Below are positions 51,134 through 61,329 of a stretch of DNA of 64,000 nt, one piece after another. A model generated the notes under the pieces. It ran no database searches. It saw nothing but the letters and a program-made list of their open reading frames with translations, and had not been told where the DNA came from. Source of the stretch: Octopus sinensis (lineage: Eukaryota). The first letter of the stretch is position 1; each line of letters opens with the position of its first letter. The stretch is taken from positions 64,542,001 to 64,606,000 of the forward strand of contig NC_043010.1 in assembly GCF_006345805.1 (NCBI RefSeq), in the 5' to 3' direction. Both the position numbers and the translations under genes were made by a program.

Positions 51134-51288
51134 ACTCCTGCCTAAGGTCGGCGGAAGCGTCGGTGGCAGCGACGGACGACGCGCGAGCACGCCGCCGCCG
51201 CCTCGCACCGAGCTCCAGACGCGATTCGGGGCGTCGCGGGTTGAGTGTGCAGGAGTGATTTTAATGATTAGGCAGGAGTGATTTTAAT
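51134..51288. other. Small CpG/GC-rich element with a 12-bp inverted repeat and a 17-bp direct repeat
   Basis: actcctgcctaa (51134-45) / ttaggcaggagt (51268-79); gcaggagtgattttaat at 51249 and 51272. Confidence 0.55.
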
Positions 51289-51355
51289 AATTTCAATAAT
51301 TTATATTATGATTTTTATAATTGTATTCTTATCTTATATGTATTGAATTATAATG

Positions 51356-51754
51356 TACTAGCAGTATCGCCCGGCGTTGCTCGGGTTTGTAAGGGAAATA
51401 ACTATATAAGCATTTTTAGAGAGTTATAGCCAAAAAATAGGAAAAAAATGCATTAAAAATTGAAAAAAAAATTAAGGTAAATTTTTTTTTAAATCGTTGA
51501 CACATCGTAGATATTTTTAGAGAGTTACTTCCCTTATATAAAAGCGAAAAAAATGCATTAAAATGGAAAAATATGATGGTAATTTTTTTTAAATCGTAGA
51601 CTCATCGTAGACGCACGCTAATACCCAGAAGGGCTCGATATGAATCACGACTATAAGATACCCGCTTTTGGTAAAACTGCACCGCAAAATGTGTGAGTAG
51701 TTAGGAATCTAAATCGTAGGAGACAGACACACAACTTCACTCTTATATAAAGAT
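51356..51754 (+). mobile_element. Non-autonomous Helitron/Helentron-like (HINE-type) element
   Basis: Start tactagcagtatcgCCCGgcgttgctCGGG (subterminal hairpin); internal duplicated blocks; end agacagacacacaac..cttatataaagat. Confidence 0.6.
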
Positions 51755-52399
51755 GCTTTTTTTTTTCAGTCATAGAGTTAGATTTATGAAGGTCTTCAGT
51801 AGAAAATCCTTCGAATTCTGACTCGCTGCTTGATATAATGAAATTCGTATCCATTTTTTGTCAGAATTACAAATTTTGAAAACACAATAGGAACAAATTT
51901 CGGAAAAAAATCTCCCATAATTCACGGAATTAAAATTACACTTCGATTTTTGTACAAAACTGTAGTTGAAGTGTTTACGAAGTATAATACGTGTTTTCAC
52001 GAATGTACTAAAGAGATTTGCTCTGATATTCTCATTTAAATATGAATAGGTAAATTCGGGCGGCTTGGTAACTATATATAAGTGTCGTCTGTTTATACAT
52101 AAACACTGTTTCATACTGCAATTATATATACATATATCTATATATAATATTATATAATAAAATATATACAGAGTAAAATAAAAACCAATTTACCTTTTCT
52201 GTCCGTCCGTGTGTCTTTGCAAATGTGTTGGAATGATAAGTGAGTTGAGTTTTGGCGCCTCTTTTACTAATAACAAACACACACGTGTTTGTATGTAGTT
52301 GTATGTGTATGTAGTTGTATGTAGTTGTATATGTATGTGTATGCGTGTGTGTGAGGAATGACACACACACACACTCACGCACACATGTACATCAATGCT

Positions 52400-52924
52400 T
52401 TCGGAGTGATATGTTAAAATATTGAGTTTTCTCGAATTTTGTCTTAATTGGTGGTAAAATTGAAAGAAATTTTTTATGGCATCACCCACTGAAGTACTCT
52501 GAAAAATCTTAGGTAAATTCTAATTGAAGAAATTGTGTGAGGAGTAAATGGTTATGTATTTATTTGTTTCTGTTTGCTGTGTTTTTTTATTTTTTGAGTA
52601 GTGGTTTAAATACTTTCAGTTTAGTCTTCCTCAAATCACTCTGTCGCTATTTACTTTCATTTTATTCGTTGCACACTGTGTGTGTGCGTTTGCCTGTGGT
52701 GTAAACCAGACTAAGAAAAGCATTTGACACACACACACCAGAATGTGAGTTTTCTGTAAATTTTGCTTAATTGGAGTTTAAATTTTAAAAACTGGACCTG
52801 GCATGACGCGATGCATTCTACTCTTAAAAATGCTAGGTAAATTGTAATTGAAGAAATCCTATATTGTAGATTTCTATAACTCCCAAAGGGAGGCAGATAA
52901 AATCTGCCTTTTATAATAAGAGAT
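52400..52924 (+). mobile_element. Helitron-like non-autonomous fragment with a 3' hairpin; 5' boundary uncertain
   Basis: AGGCAGAT-aaa-ATCTGCCT hairpin (52891-52909) followed by tttataataagagat. Confidence 0.45.
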
Positions 52925-53211
52925 ATACGTATGCTATTAAGGTTCTCATTTTTGTTAAATGAATAAATAATTCAACATTCTAATATCCGAAAGCTAATGA
53001 ACCAACTAAATTGTTTCTCCATTTTCTTATTTGTATTATAAATTAATGGTAAAATATTTCTTTACATTCACCCGTTTAATAGAATAAATAAGTTAATTGC
53101 ATTGCAATTAAAAACATTTGTATATTAAGAATTTGGGTATTATACCAACAGTATATTGGATAAATATTATCCCTTAGTGTGCTGGATCCGTAACTCCTAA
53201 CTTACTTGGTA

Positions 53212-53259
<48 letters not shown>

Positions 53260-53272
53260 TATATATATATAG

Positions 53273-53341
<69 letters not shown>

Positions 53342-53401
53342 CAGAAATATTAAATTTCTAAATATCTCATAGAGATATGTACGATGGTGGGGCGATAGTG
53401 T

Positions 53402-53548
53402 GGTTGTATACTGTCAACTTAACGTGACAGTAAGGGTGAGGTACACCACCGCTGTTTAGCCCTAGAAAGCGTCGATGCTTCCTAGGGCTAAACAGCGGTG
53501 GTGTAATCCCCCCTCCTTACTGCAACGTTAAGTTGACAGTATACAACC
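53402..53548. repeat. Fold-back hairpin made from the Tx1-like terminal repeat
   Basis: Arms 53402-53465 and 53482-53548, 16-nt loop. Confidence 0.9.
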
Positions 53549-53596
53549 TCTCTCTCTCTCTCTCTCTATAATATATATATATATATATATATGAAT

Positions 53597-55230
53597 TAGA
53601 GATAAAACTACTATTAGGCAAATCAAAACATAAACCAAAATATAAAAATAAAAATAATTGATATAATATACAAAATATATAAAACATAAAATTTAAATTA
53701 TTTAAATTTAAAATTAAAATTATTAATTTATATTTATAAATTTTTATTTATTTAATTTGTTTTCTTATTAAATATATATAACTATCAAAAAGTATTAAAA
53801 AGTTAATATGATAAAAAGTAAAACCACTACGTACGTTTCGTGCCCATAACCTAATTCGAATTACAATAATTTAAATTCCATTAATAATTCGAATTATGGT
53901 TGTAGTCAATCTTCAGGTTAAAGATAATAGTTAAATAAATAAGCAAATATATTTAAACAATATTTTTTAAAGAAATAAATAAAATAATAATTTTTCTTAT
54001 AAAAACTCTAATATCAAACTAGAAACTTTAACGATTATGATTATGTCATACAATCTAATTATAATGTTAAATATTAGATTTTAAGGTAAGAATAGATAGA
54101 AAATGTATTTATCTATTCAGATATAATATGGCTTTAAAAACATAATAAACTCACGAATAACCTAATCTCAGTTATAGTCAATATCAAATTACCTAATTAT
54201 TTAACAAAAAAAATAATCAAAAAAGTAATCACTATTCATATTATTAAATTAAGTTCAAATCAAATAATTATAAAATATTTGAATTATAACTAAATTACCA
54301 ATAAATATATATAAATATATATAAATATAAGAATTAAGATCTGAAATTATCTCTATCAAGAAATATATATACAATATTAAAAAACTAAATAAATTAATTA
54401 TTCATTATTACTTATGAAATATATTAAAAATTAAAATATTAAAGATGAAAAAGCAAATTGTAAACAAATAAAGTATCTTAAAAGAACCTTATAACTATCT
54501 AACGATCCATATATCTCGTTGGCTAATTAATAACTTACAAAAACCGTATAGTTAAGAACTAATAATGAAATAATGAAATACATATCTTCAACAACTAAAT
54601 ACTTATACAATGAAATAATCAATCCGTAGTTATATAGTATCCAATAAATACTACGAATATATTTATCAATGAAAAACACTGCTACAAATAGTCAATTGAA
54701 AACAGCTATATAAAAGGTATAATAGAACAAAGTCAACCATTAGAGATATTTATGAATATATAAAATAGCTTAAAAAAATATAATAAACTCACAAATATCC
54801 TTAACTCAGTTATAGTCCAAAGATTTAATTACCAAATTATTTAACTAAAAAATCGTTATTTATATATTAGATTTATGTACACATCTAATAATTATAAAAT
54901 ATTTAAAAATAATAACTAAATAATTATCAACAAATATTGTGATTAAAGACTAAAATTTATGGTATCAATAAATGTATAGACATGAAACCTAACTTTAAAA
55001 AATCGTATTACTATTAACGATCTATATATCTCTTTGGCTAAGTAAAGTCTTACAAATAAACGTAGAGTTAAAAATCTAATAATTATATACAAACTTCGAT
55101 AACTGAATCATTACATACCAATCAGTATTTATATATAATACCAAATTATACAATAAGACTTATTAAAATATTTTAAATTTTAAAATTTTAAAATCTTAAA
55201 TAGAAATAGATTACTTAGCTTTGCAAGGCT
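53597..55230 (-). mobile_element. Extremely AT-rich Penelope-like remnant with internal duplications and a degenerate type I hammerhead at about 53824-53920
   Basis: Terminus ttagagataaaactactatt resembles 41960-41980; - strand CTGAAGA(53916-10)...long hairpin...GAAA CGTACG TA GTGG. Confidence 0.6.
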
Positions 55231-55837
55231 TTGTGACGAACATATATATATATATGTATATATATTTCATGTATGTACGTATGCATGTATGGATGCATGA
55301 CTATGCCAACAAAGTCGCTTCATACATTGATTACATATTAAATTTTAATTAACTTGAAGAATTTTCATCAAAACAATGATATAAGTGATATAAGTTGTCG
55401 ACTTGAAACTTGTTGCAAAGCTGCATGATAAACAACAGTACCACAACCATCACCACCATATCTGCCATACACACACCGTTTAGCATGTTTCTTCAGTGTT
55501 CAGTCTCTCTTTCTCTCACATGGCCACTCTTTCTCTCTCTCTCTCTCTCTCTCTTCAACTGCCACCATCAACACTACTACTTTTAATAAAATCATTATGA
55601 ACACTTCCTAAATTTCTTTGACTTTCTTTCCCACCTCTCTTTTTCTATTTCTGTCTGTCTGTTTCTCTCTGTCTTCGCCACCGTCCTCGACCTCTCTATG
55701 CCTACTATTACTCTCACTCCAGTATGAGCAATAGAAGAAGTGTTAATGAATAGTGAGAGTTGGAGTGGGCGAAGTGTGACAAACTAACACACAGAAATGA
55801 GTTTTCGCATTTCTTATACTATATTATATTACATTAT

Positions 55838-56100
55838 ATATATCACCGTGATCACCGTCAGCGACCAGGCTATCAGATGTTGCCTCACATCGCTGGTCAC
55901 AATGCACCTCAAATGACGCCATCCCGCTGGCTAAGCGAGCAGGCCTGCAGAAGAAAGAGTGAGAGAAAGTTGTGGCGAAAGAGTAAAGCAGGGATCGCCA
56001 TCACCCCCTGCCGTAGCCTCGTGGAGCTTTAGGTGTTTTCGCTCAATAAACACTTACAACGCCCGGTCAGGGAATCGAAACTGCGATCCTACGATCGCAT
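55838..56100 (-). mobile_element. tRNA-derived SINE of a second family, (GGTGAT) tail
   Basis: B-box-like gtttcgattccc on the - strand; body gagcgaaaacacctaaagctccacgaggct. Confidence 0.6.
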
Positions 56101-56231
56101 ATTCTCAAACACATATTCTCTTAAATAAATATATGTATTCTGTATACATACATACATACATACATACATATACATTGTCTCTAATTAATATTATATATAT
56201 ATATATATATACACACATAGGATATAAATGG

Positions 56232-57176
56232 GCGAAACTACACAGACATTCCGGACTCCGAATGAAGAGGCAATTTAGCTGCAAATGATCCCAGTATCTT
56301 GTTTTGTCTTGTTTGCTGTTGTCGTGCCATCGTTCTTTGCCCCGCATGTTGCATTTTGTCGGTTTCCGTTTGTTGTGTTCTTTCTGGGCTACCTTAGATT
56401 TATCCAATCAGTGTTACGTACAACTGTATACATTGTAAAAAAGATACCCCTTGAATATCATGTACGACTCTCATCCTCTTACCTCCGCTATACCTTTTTC
56501 TCTCTCCCTCCCTTTCATTCTTTCGTCCTTCTAATTTCTTTCCCCTCTCTCCTATTCCTTAGTCACTCTGCCCTCTTGAACTCCTCCCCTCCCCTACCAC
56601 GTAAACGCTGTCCGCTTCAGGCGTTGTCGTCCTTTTTCGACCGGCCGCCTTTGAGGTCGGTTGCGCCCGTCTGTTCTGTTCTGTTCTGCAGCCCACCCAG
56701 TTAAGATTTTTCCATTTCTTCTTTCCTTGCACTAGCTCATTACATTCGTCTGATGGTCGAAAGGCCCTTTTTGTTTCGTCTTATTTTTGTTGTAATTCTA
56801 CAAATATTTTTATTTTGTTGCATAGTCGAAAGGCGTTTGACCATTGTATATATTTCATGTTTCATATTTTACGTTCGTCCGATAGCCGAAAGAACCTTTC
56901 CGTTATTTACATATTTATTTTCATATATGTACATTCGTTGCCTTTCCCAGAGGCTTAATGTTTTAAGCTTAACTCTCTGGCCCAGCCGGTTTCGAGTAAT
57001 ATCGGAGGTAAGTCAGCGAAACTACGCAGACATTCCGGACTCCAACTGAAGAGACAATTTGGCTGCGAATGCCCCCTGTGTCTTGTTTGTCTTGTTTACC
57101 GTTGTCGTGCTATCGTCCTTTTCCCGCATGTTGTGTTTTGACGGTTTCCGTTTGTTGTGCTCTTTCTGATCTACCT

Positions 57177-57181
<5 letters not shown>
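56232..57181 (+). mobile_element. ORF-less A-B-A element: direct repeats of about 170 bp (56232-56400, 57016-57181), 784-bp period, permuted hammerhead-like motif at the arm junction
   Basis: gcgaaactac.cagacattccggactcc.a.tgaagag.caattt.gctgc.aatg...ctacctt.gat occurs twice. Confidence 0.8.
56990..57070 (+). ncRNA. Permuted hammerhead-like motif (AUA site at 56999-57001)
   Basis: GTAAT-A-TCGGAG gtaagt CAGC GAAA CTAC ... CTCCAA CTGAAGA gacaatttg GCTG; one mismatch each in stems I and III. Confidence 0.5.
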
Positions 57182-57216
<35 letters not shown>

Positions 57217-57479
57217 ATCAGCAAATCACAAATACGACAGAGAAGCACACAATAAGTTACAGAGTAGAGGAGTATTTAGATAAATATAATTATGTCCCAT
57301 ATTTTCCGTAGACTAAGTGGTTTTCGTGAATTAGGGACTAGAGACACAGTAAAGCTAAGCACTTCATGGATGCGACACCTTGGGTAACCCTGTAAACCGG
57401 CAATAACTATTTTTATCTAAATATTTATGTATATAGTATTAGTATTTTTATCTAAATGTATATATGTATATGTAGTATT

Positions 57480-57970
57480 AGACAGTTTAAGTATATATTA
57501 ACTAAATTTGACAGAAATTGATGGGTGAGCGTTTGGCCAATCGGACTTGCAAGGAGACGAGTAAGCGTTGATATGTGGGTTTGATTCAGACTGAAGTTAA
57601 CTCATCATTTTTCGGGTATTTGCTTATATTTAAATATTGTCGCTTCAAATTGAAGAGTAAATATTATGATATATTATTATACAGTTATTATTATACTATG
57701 AGTCTTACATTGTAGCTTTCTAGGCTTAACTTAAAATACCTTTCAGGTTTGTTTACAAAAATATTATATGCAGTATTAAACGGTTTAAGTATAAATTAAC
57801 TAAATTTCACTGAAATTGACGGGTGAGCGCTTGGCCAATCGAATTTGCAAGGAGCCGTGTAAGTGTCGATTTGTGGGTTCGATTCAGCCTGTGGCTAGCT
57901 CGTCATTTTTCGGTCATTTGTTTATATTTAAAATTTGTGGCTTCAAATCGAAAAATAAATATATTATTTA
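57480..57970. repeat. Diverged tandem duplication, about 297-bp period
   Basis: gtttaagtata..ttaactaaattt.ac.gaaattga.gggtgagcg.ttggccaatcg..ttgcaaggag occurs twice. Confidence 0.8.
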
Positions 57971-58244
57971 ATATACATACATGCACGACCTTAGCACACC
58001 TTAGTAGCAGTGTAGCCCTCGCTCCGAGCAAGTCATTGAACTAGTGCCTATAATATTTGATTACTCACAGGAAGACACATGATATATACATCGTAATTGG
58101 GCCCCTAGAAATAAGAGGCCTCCACACAACTGCCCAGTGTGCCCGTAACTTAAAACTGCAATGTTAACATACTGTTGATTTTTGTTTGATATAATCCTTT
58201 TAAGTCTCTCATCTCGGCTATGATGCTTTAAAGTGTCCTGAACT

Positions 58245-58410
58245 CATTAGCGTAGCTACGGTTGGGGGGTATAGGGGTGGTCCGCTACTGGCAGCACTTA
58301 TAAAGGAGCATTACTTTTGAGTCTGCTAAAGGCAATATGTGCTTTTGTGGGGTCCGGGGCGGCAAACGGAAGGGCCTCCCCGGGCGGCACACACTCTGGA
58401 TACGCTAGTG
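58245..58410. mobile_element. hAT-like MITE, 166 bp
   Basis: TIRs cattagcgtagc / gatacgctagtg (10 of 12 match); imperfect 8-bp TSD cctgaact / tctcaact. Confidence 0.65.
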
Positions 58411-58686
58411 TCTCAACTGTAACTTATGTAGCGTCTACATATACAGGAATCGCATAATTTTTGATTTCTTATATGTGCGCGAATTTCTGCAATTTTAAGA
58501 TTGTAAATGTGATATATAGTATCTCTTGTTAGCTACATCAAGAGATTCTATATCAAGAGATACTCTTGAAACATAGAATCTCTTGTTGATTATATGTGAG
58601 ATCTTGTAAGATTGAATGTTATATTCAATAACTGTTTTATTTTAATGCTCATTTACAAAGAAACTGTTTCGATGTTATCAATTTAG

Positions 58687-58833
58687 GATGTCCACCACAA
58701 TTGTATGGTAAAGACTGTATCAATGAATGTCATTGTTCCCGAGCGGAATCATGTCACCAAATTACTGGAAAGTGTAAACGTGATGGCTGCGAAGATGGAT
58801 GGTATGGAGAGAAGTGTGACAAGCGAACATATG
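58687..58833 (+). CDS. Host gene exon E: laminin-type EGF-like repeat (GCPPQLYGKDCINECHCSRAESCHQITGKCKRDGCEDGWYGEKCDKRTY)
   Basis: atttag acceptor, G|GTAAGT donor, 147 nt, phase 1-1; eight-Cys MEGF10/SCARF-type pattern. Confidence 0.92.
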
Positions 58834-59039
58834 GTAAGTACATATTTGTTCAGGGTATGCGGGTACTTAGATACTTAAATGACTTTCGGTCAGAATAAAC
58901 CCTGGCCATGACTAACTTAGTAGCAGCACTAATAAAACATTTAATCATGCTTCATGTTACAATCATGTTTTGGGCACCATAGCCCATGCGAGTAAAGAGT
59001 TATTGTTGGCAGAGATTTATCCGGGTGTACTTGATTTAT

Positions 59040-59720
59040 CTGGAATTTGTTCGGGATATTCATCCGGGAAATGCCTGAATACCATGAGAACTTTTTCTTC
59101 TTTTATGTGTCTTGGCATGATGTTAAAGAAAGCAGGGCCAGTGGAGGTGAAGTGCTTCTGTCTTAGTGTTGTAATCGCGAGGACGATTTTTGTAGAGGGC
59201 GAATGGCATTGGGTCCAAGTCTAGGGTGAACTTTACAGTTGATAACAACACTGTTTGAACAATATTGGAATATTTTCCACATTATACGAAAGATATAGCG
59301 CTCATGGTGAAGTTGGAGGGTGTAAAGTGTGTGTTTCTGGAGCTGATCCCAGTATTCAAGCCCTGACATGTCTTGCTTTTTCTTTGATTGATCTCTGGGG
59401 TGCTTCAATTTTTATGATATTTACTTTCATGTCGAGAGACCAAAGCGCACAACGGTATTCTAGATGAGGACGGGCTTTGGTAGGGAAGAGAATGATAATG
59501 GTAGGAGCATCTCTGAACCCGAAAATTCTTAGGATCCAGGAGCACAACATACGGATCATGTCAGTTTTGTTGTTTATGTGGTCACTCTATGTTAGGTTAT
59601 TATCGACTGTTATTCCGAGGTCCTTACGGTGATTGATACCACTAAGGTTTCACGTAAGAGAACAGTATATAGTAGCTTATGTGCAGCCACTTTTCCGAAG
59701 TGAACTAATTCAAATTTTTG
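59040..59720 (-). mobile_element. Decayed CR1/L2-group LINE RT C-terminal fragment
   Basis: CSWILRIFGFRD, ARPHLEYRCALWS, KIEAPQRS, ERYIFRIMWKI. Confidence 0.8.
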
Positions 59721-59916
59721 GGGTCCGTGAATATTTCATGGAATTAATAGTAAACTTATTGGGTTATTACCGAAAACTTTATACAAAAGCCTGAAAGCGT
59801 AGACTGTGTTTTGTCTGTATCAAATGATAGTTGCTCATCTGCTCTTCATTGAAAAGTGAAGGAAATTAGACAACGATGATTACTTAATGCACTTTATATA
59901 TATCATTTATATACTT

Positions 59917-60147
59917 GAAGGGGGTGAGCTGGCAGAAACGTTAGCACGCCGGGCGAAATGCGTAGCCGTATTTCGTCTGCCGTTACGTTCTGAGTTCAAA
60001 ATTCGCCGAGGTCGACTTTGCATTTCATTCTTTCGGGCTCGATAAATACAGTACCAGTTTCGCACTGGGGTCGATGTAATCGACTTAATCCGTTTGTCTG
60101 TCCTTGTTTGTCCCCTCTATGTTTAGCTGCTTGTGGACAGTAAAGAA
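59917..60147 (+). mobile_element. tRNA-derived SINE (third family) with a perfect 21-bp TSD
   Basis: TSD atatatatcatttatatactt at 59896-59916 and 60148-60168; A-box-like ctggcagaaacgttag, B-box-like gagttcaaa. Confidence 0.85.
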
Positions 60148-60529
60148 ATATATATCATTTATATACTTTATGCACAATTCTATAGACTTAATACACAGCA
60201 CCCATAAAATAAATATTTACTCTTATTTTTGCATTTATCTCCAAAACGGGGAAAGTTTTACATTTTAAATTTTACATGGTCACAATTTCATATCTAGAAA
60301 GCAAACATTTTATATTAAAAAAAATTATTTTATATATAAAATATTGGGCCCACATTTTCACGGTGGTAAACATTTAATGCAGTATGGCACACTCTGAAAA
60401 CCATATCGTTGGTAAATTATACGGCAAGGCGATGGGTCGGAGCCAATACACATTTCAATTTGCGCACACTTTTCAATCCAATATTTCTTTGCAGAATATG
60501 TCCTTCGTGTAAGTTTTCCCGTTTCTTTT

Positions 60530-60750
60530 CCTTTGTCAGTGTTGATAACTTTAACATCAGATAATCTGAGAGCCATTCCGAATGCAACATATACCTGACC
60601 GTGACCGAATGCAAGTTTAGGCAAGAACAACCCCATTTTATCAAAAGTGTCTGCCCTTGTGATTTATTGATAACCATTGCATATGACAGGCGAACAGAAA
60701 CTGGTTTCTTTCTAAGGTGAATGGCAAGATTAGGATGCGCATGCGTCAAG
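60530..60750 (-). pseudogene. Helitron Pif1-like helicase C-terminal fragment
   Basis: PVSVRLSYAMVINKSQGQTL / MGLFLPKLAFGHGQVYVA, frameshifted. Confidence 0.85.
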
Positions 60751-60913
60751 TTATAGGTGATATAAAAAACTTAGTTCAATTATAAAAAAAGTACTTTCCA
60801 CTATGCACCCAACATCACCACCACCACCACCACCACCATCATCCCTCTCTGTCTGTCCCTTTCTCACCCACTCACTCACTCACTCACTCACTCACTCACT
60901 CACTCTCACTCAC

Positions 60914-60953
<40 letters not shown>

Positions 60954-61329
60954 CTGCCTTTCCTTAATCTCACTACCAGAACATCACTCCGCTAAAATTT
61001 TATTCCTAACTCTCCTCTATATAACTACCTTCAACTAACTTTTTTAACCACGTAATAAATATTACGTTCCCCTCACCACATGTCATGGACGCTTCGCTCT
61101 CTGTCTTTTCTCTCTCCCTCTTTTCTTTCTCCCTCTTCATGCCTCACTCCTCACCTTATCCTCCTTTTCTCTCTCCGATTTCTTCCTCTTGTTCTCTAAT
61201 TCCCTTCAAATAATCAAGTGAAAGCTTTACAATTATGTTCCCCCAATCTCATATCATGGAGGTTTCTCTCGCCTTCCTTTTCTCTCTCTCCCCTTTTCGT
61301 CCTCCTTTTCTCTAATCACGTGAAAGCAT

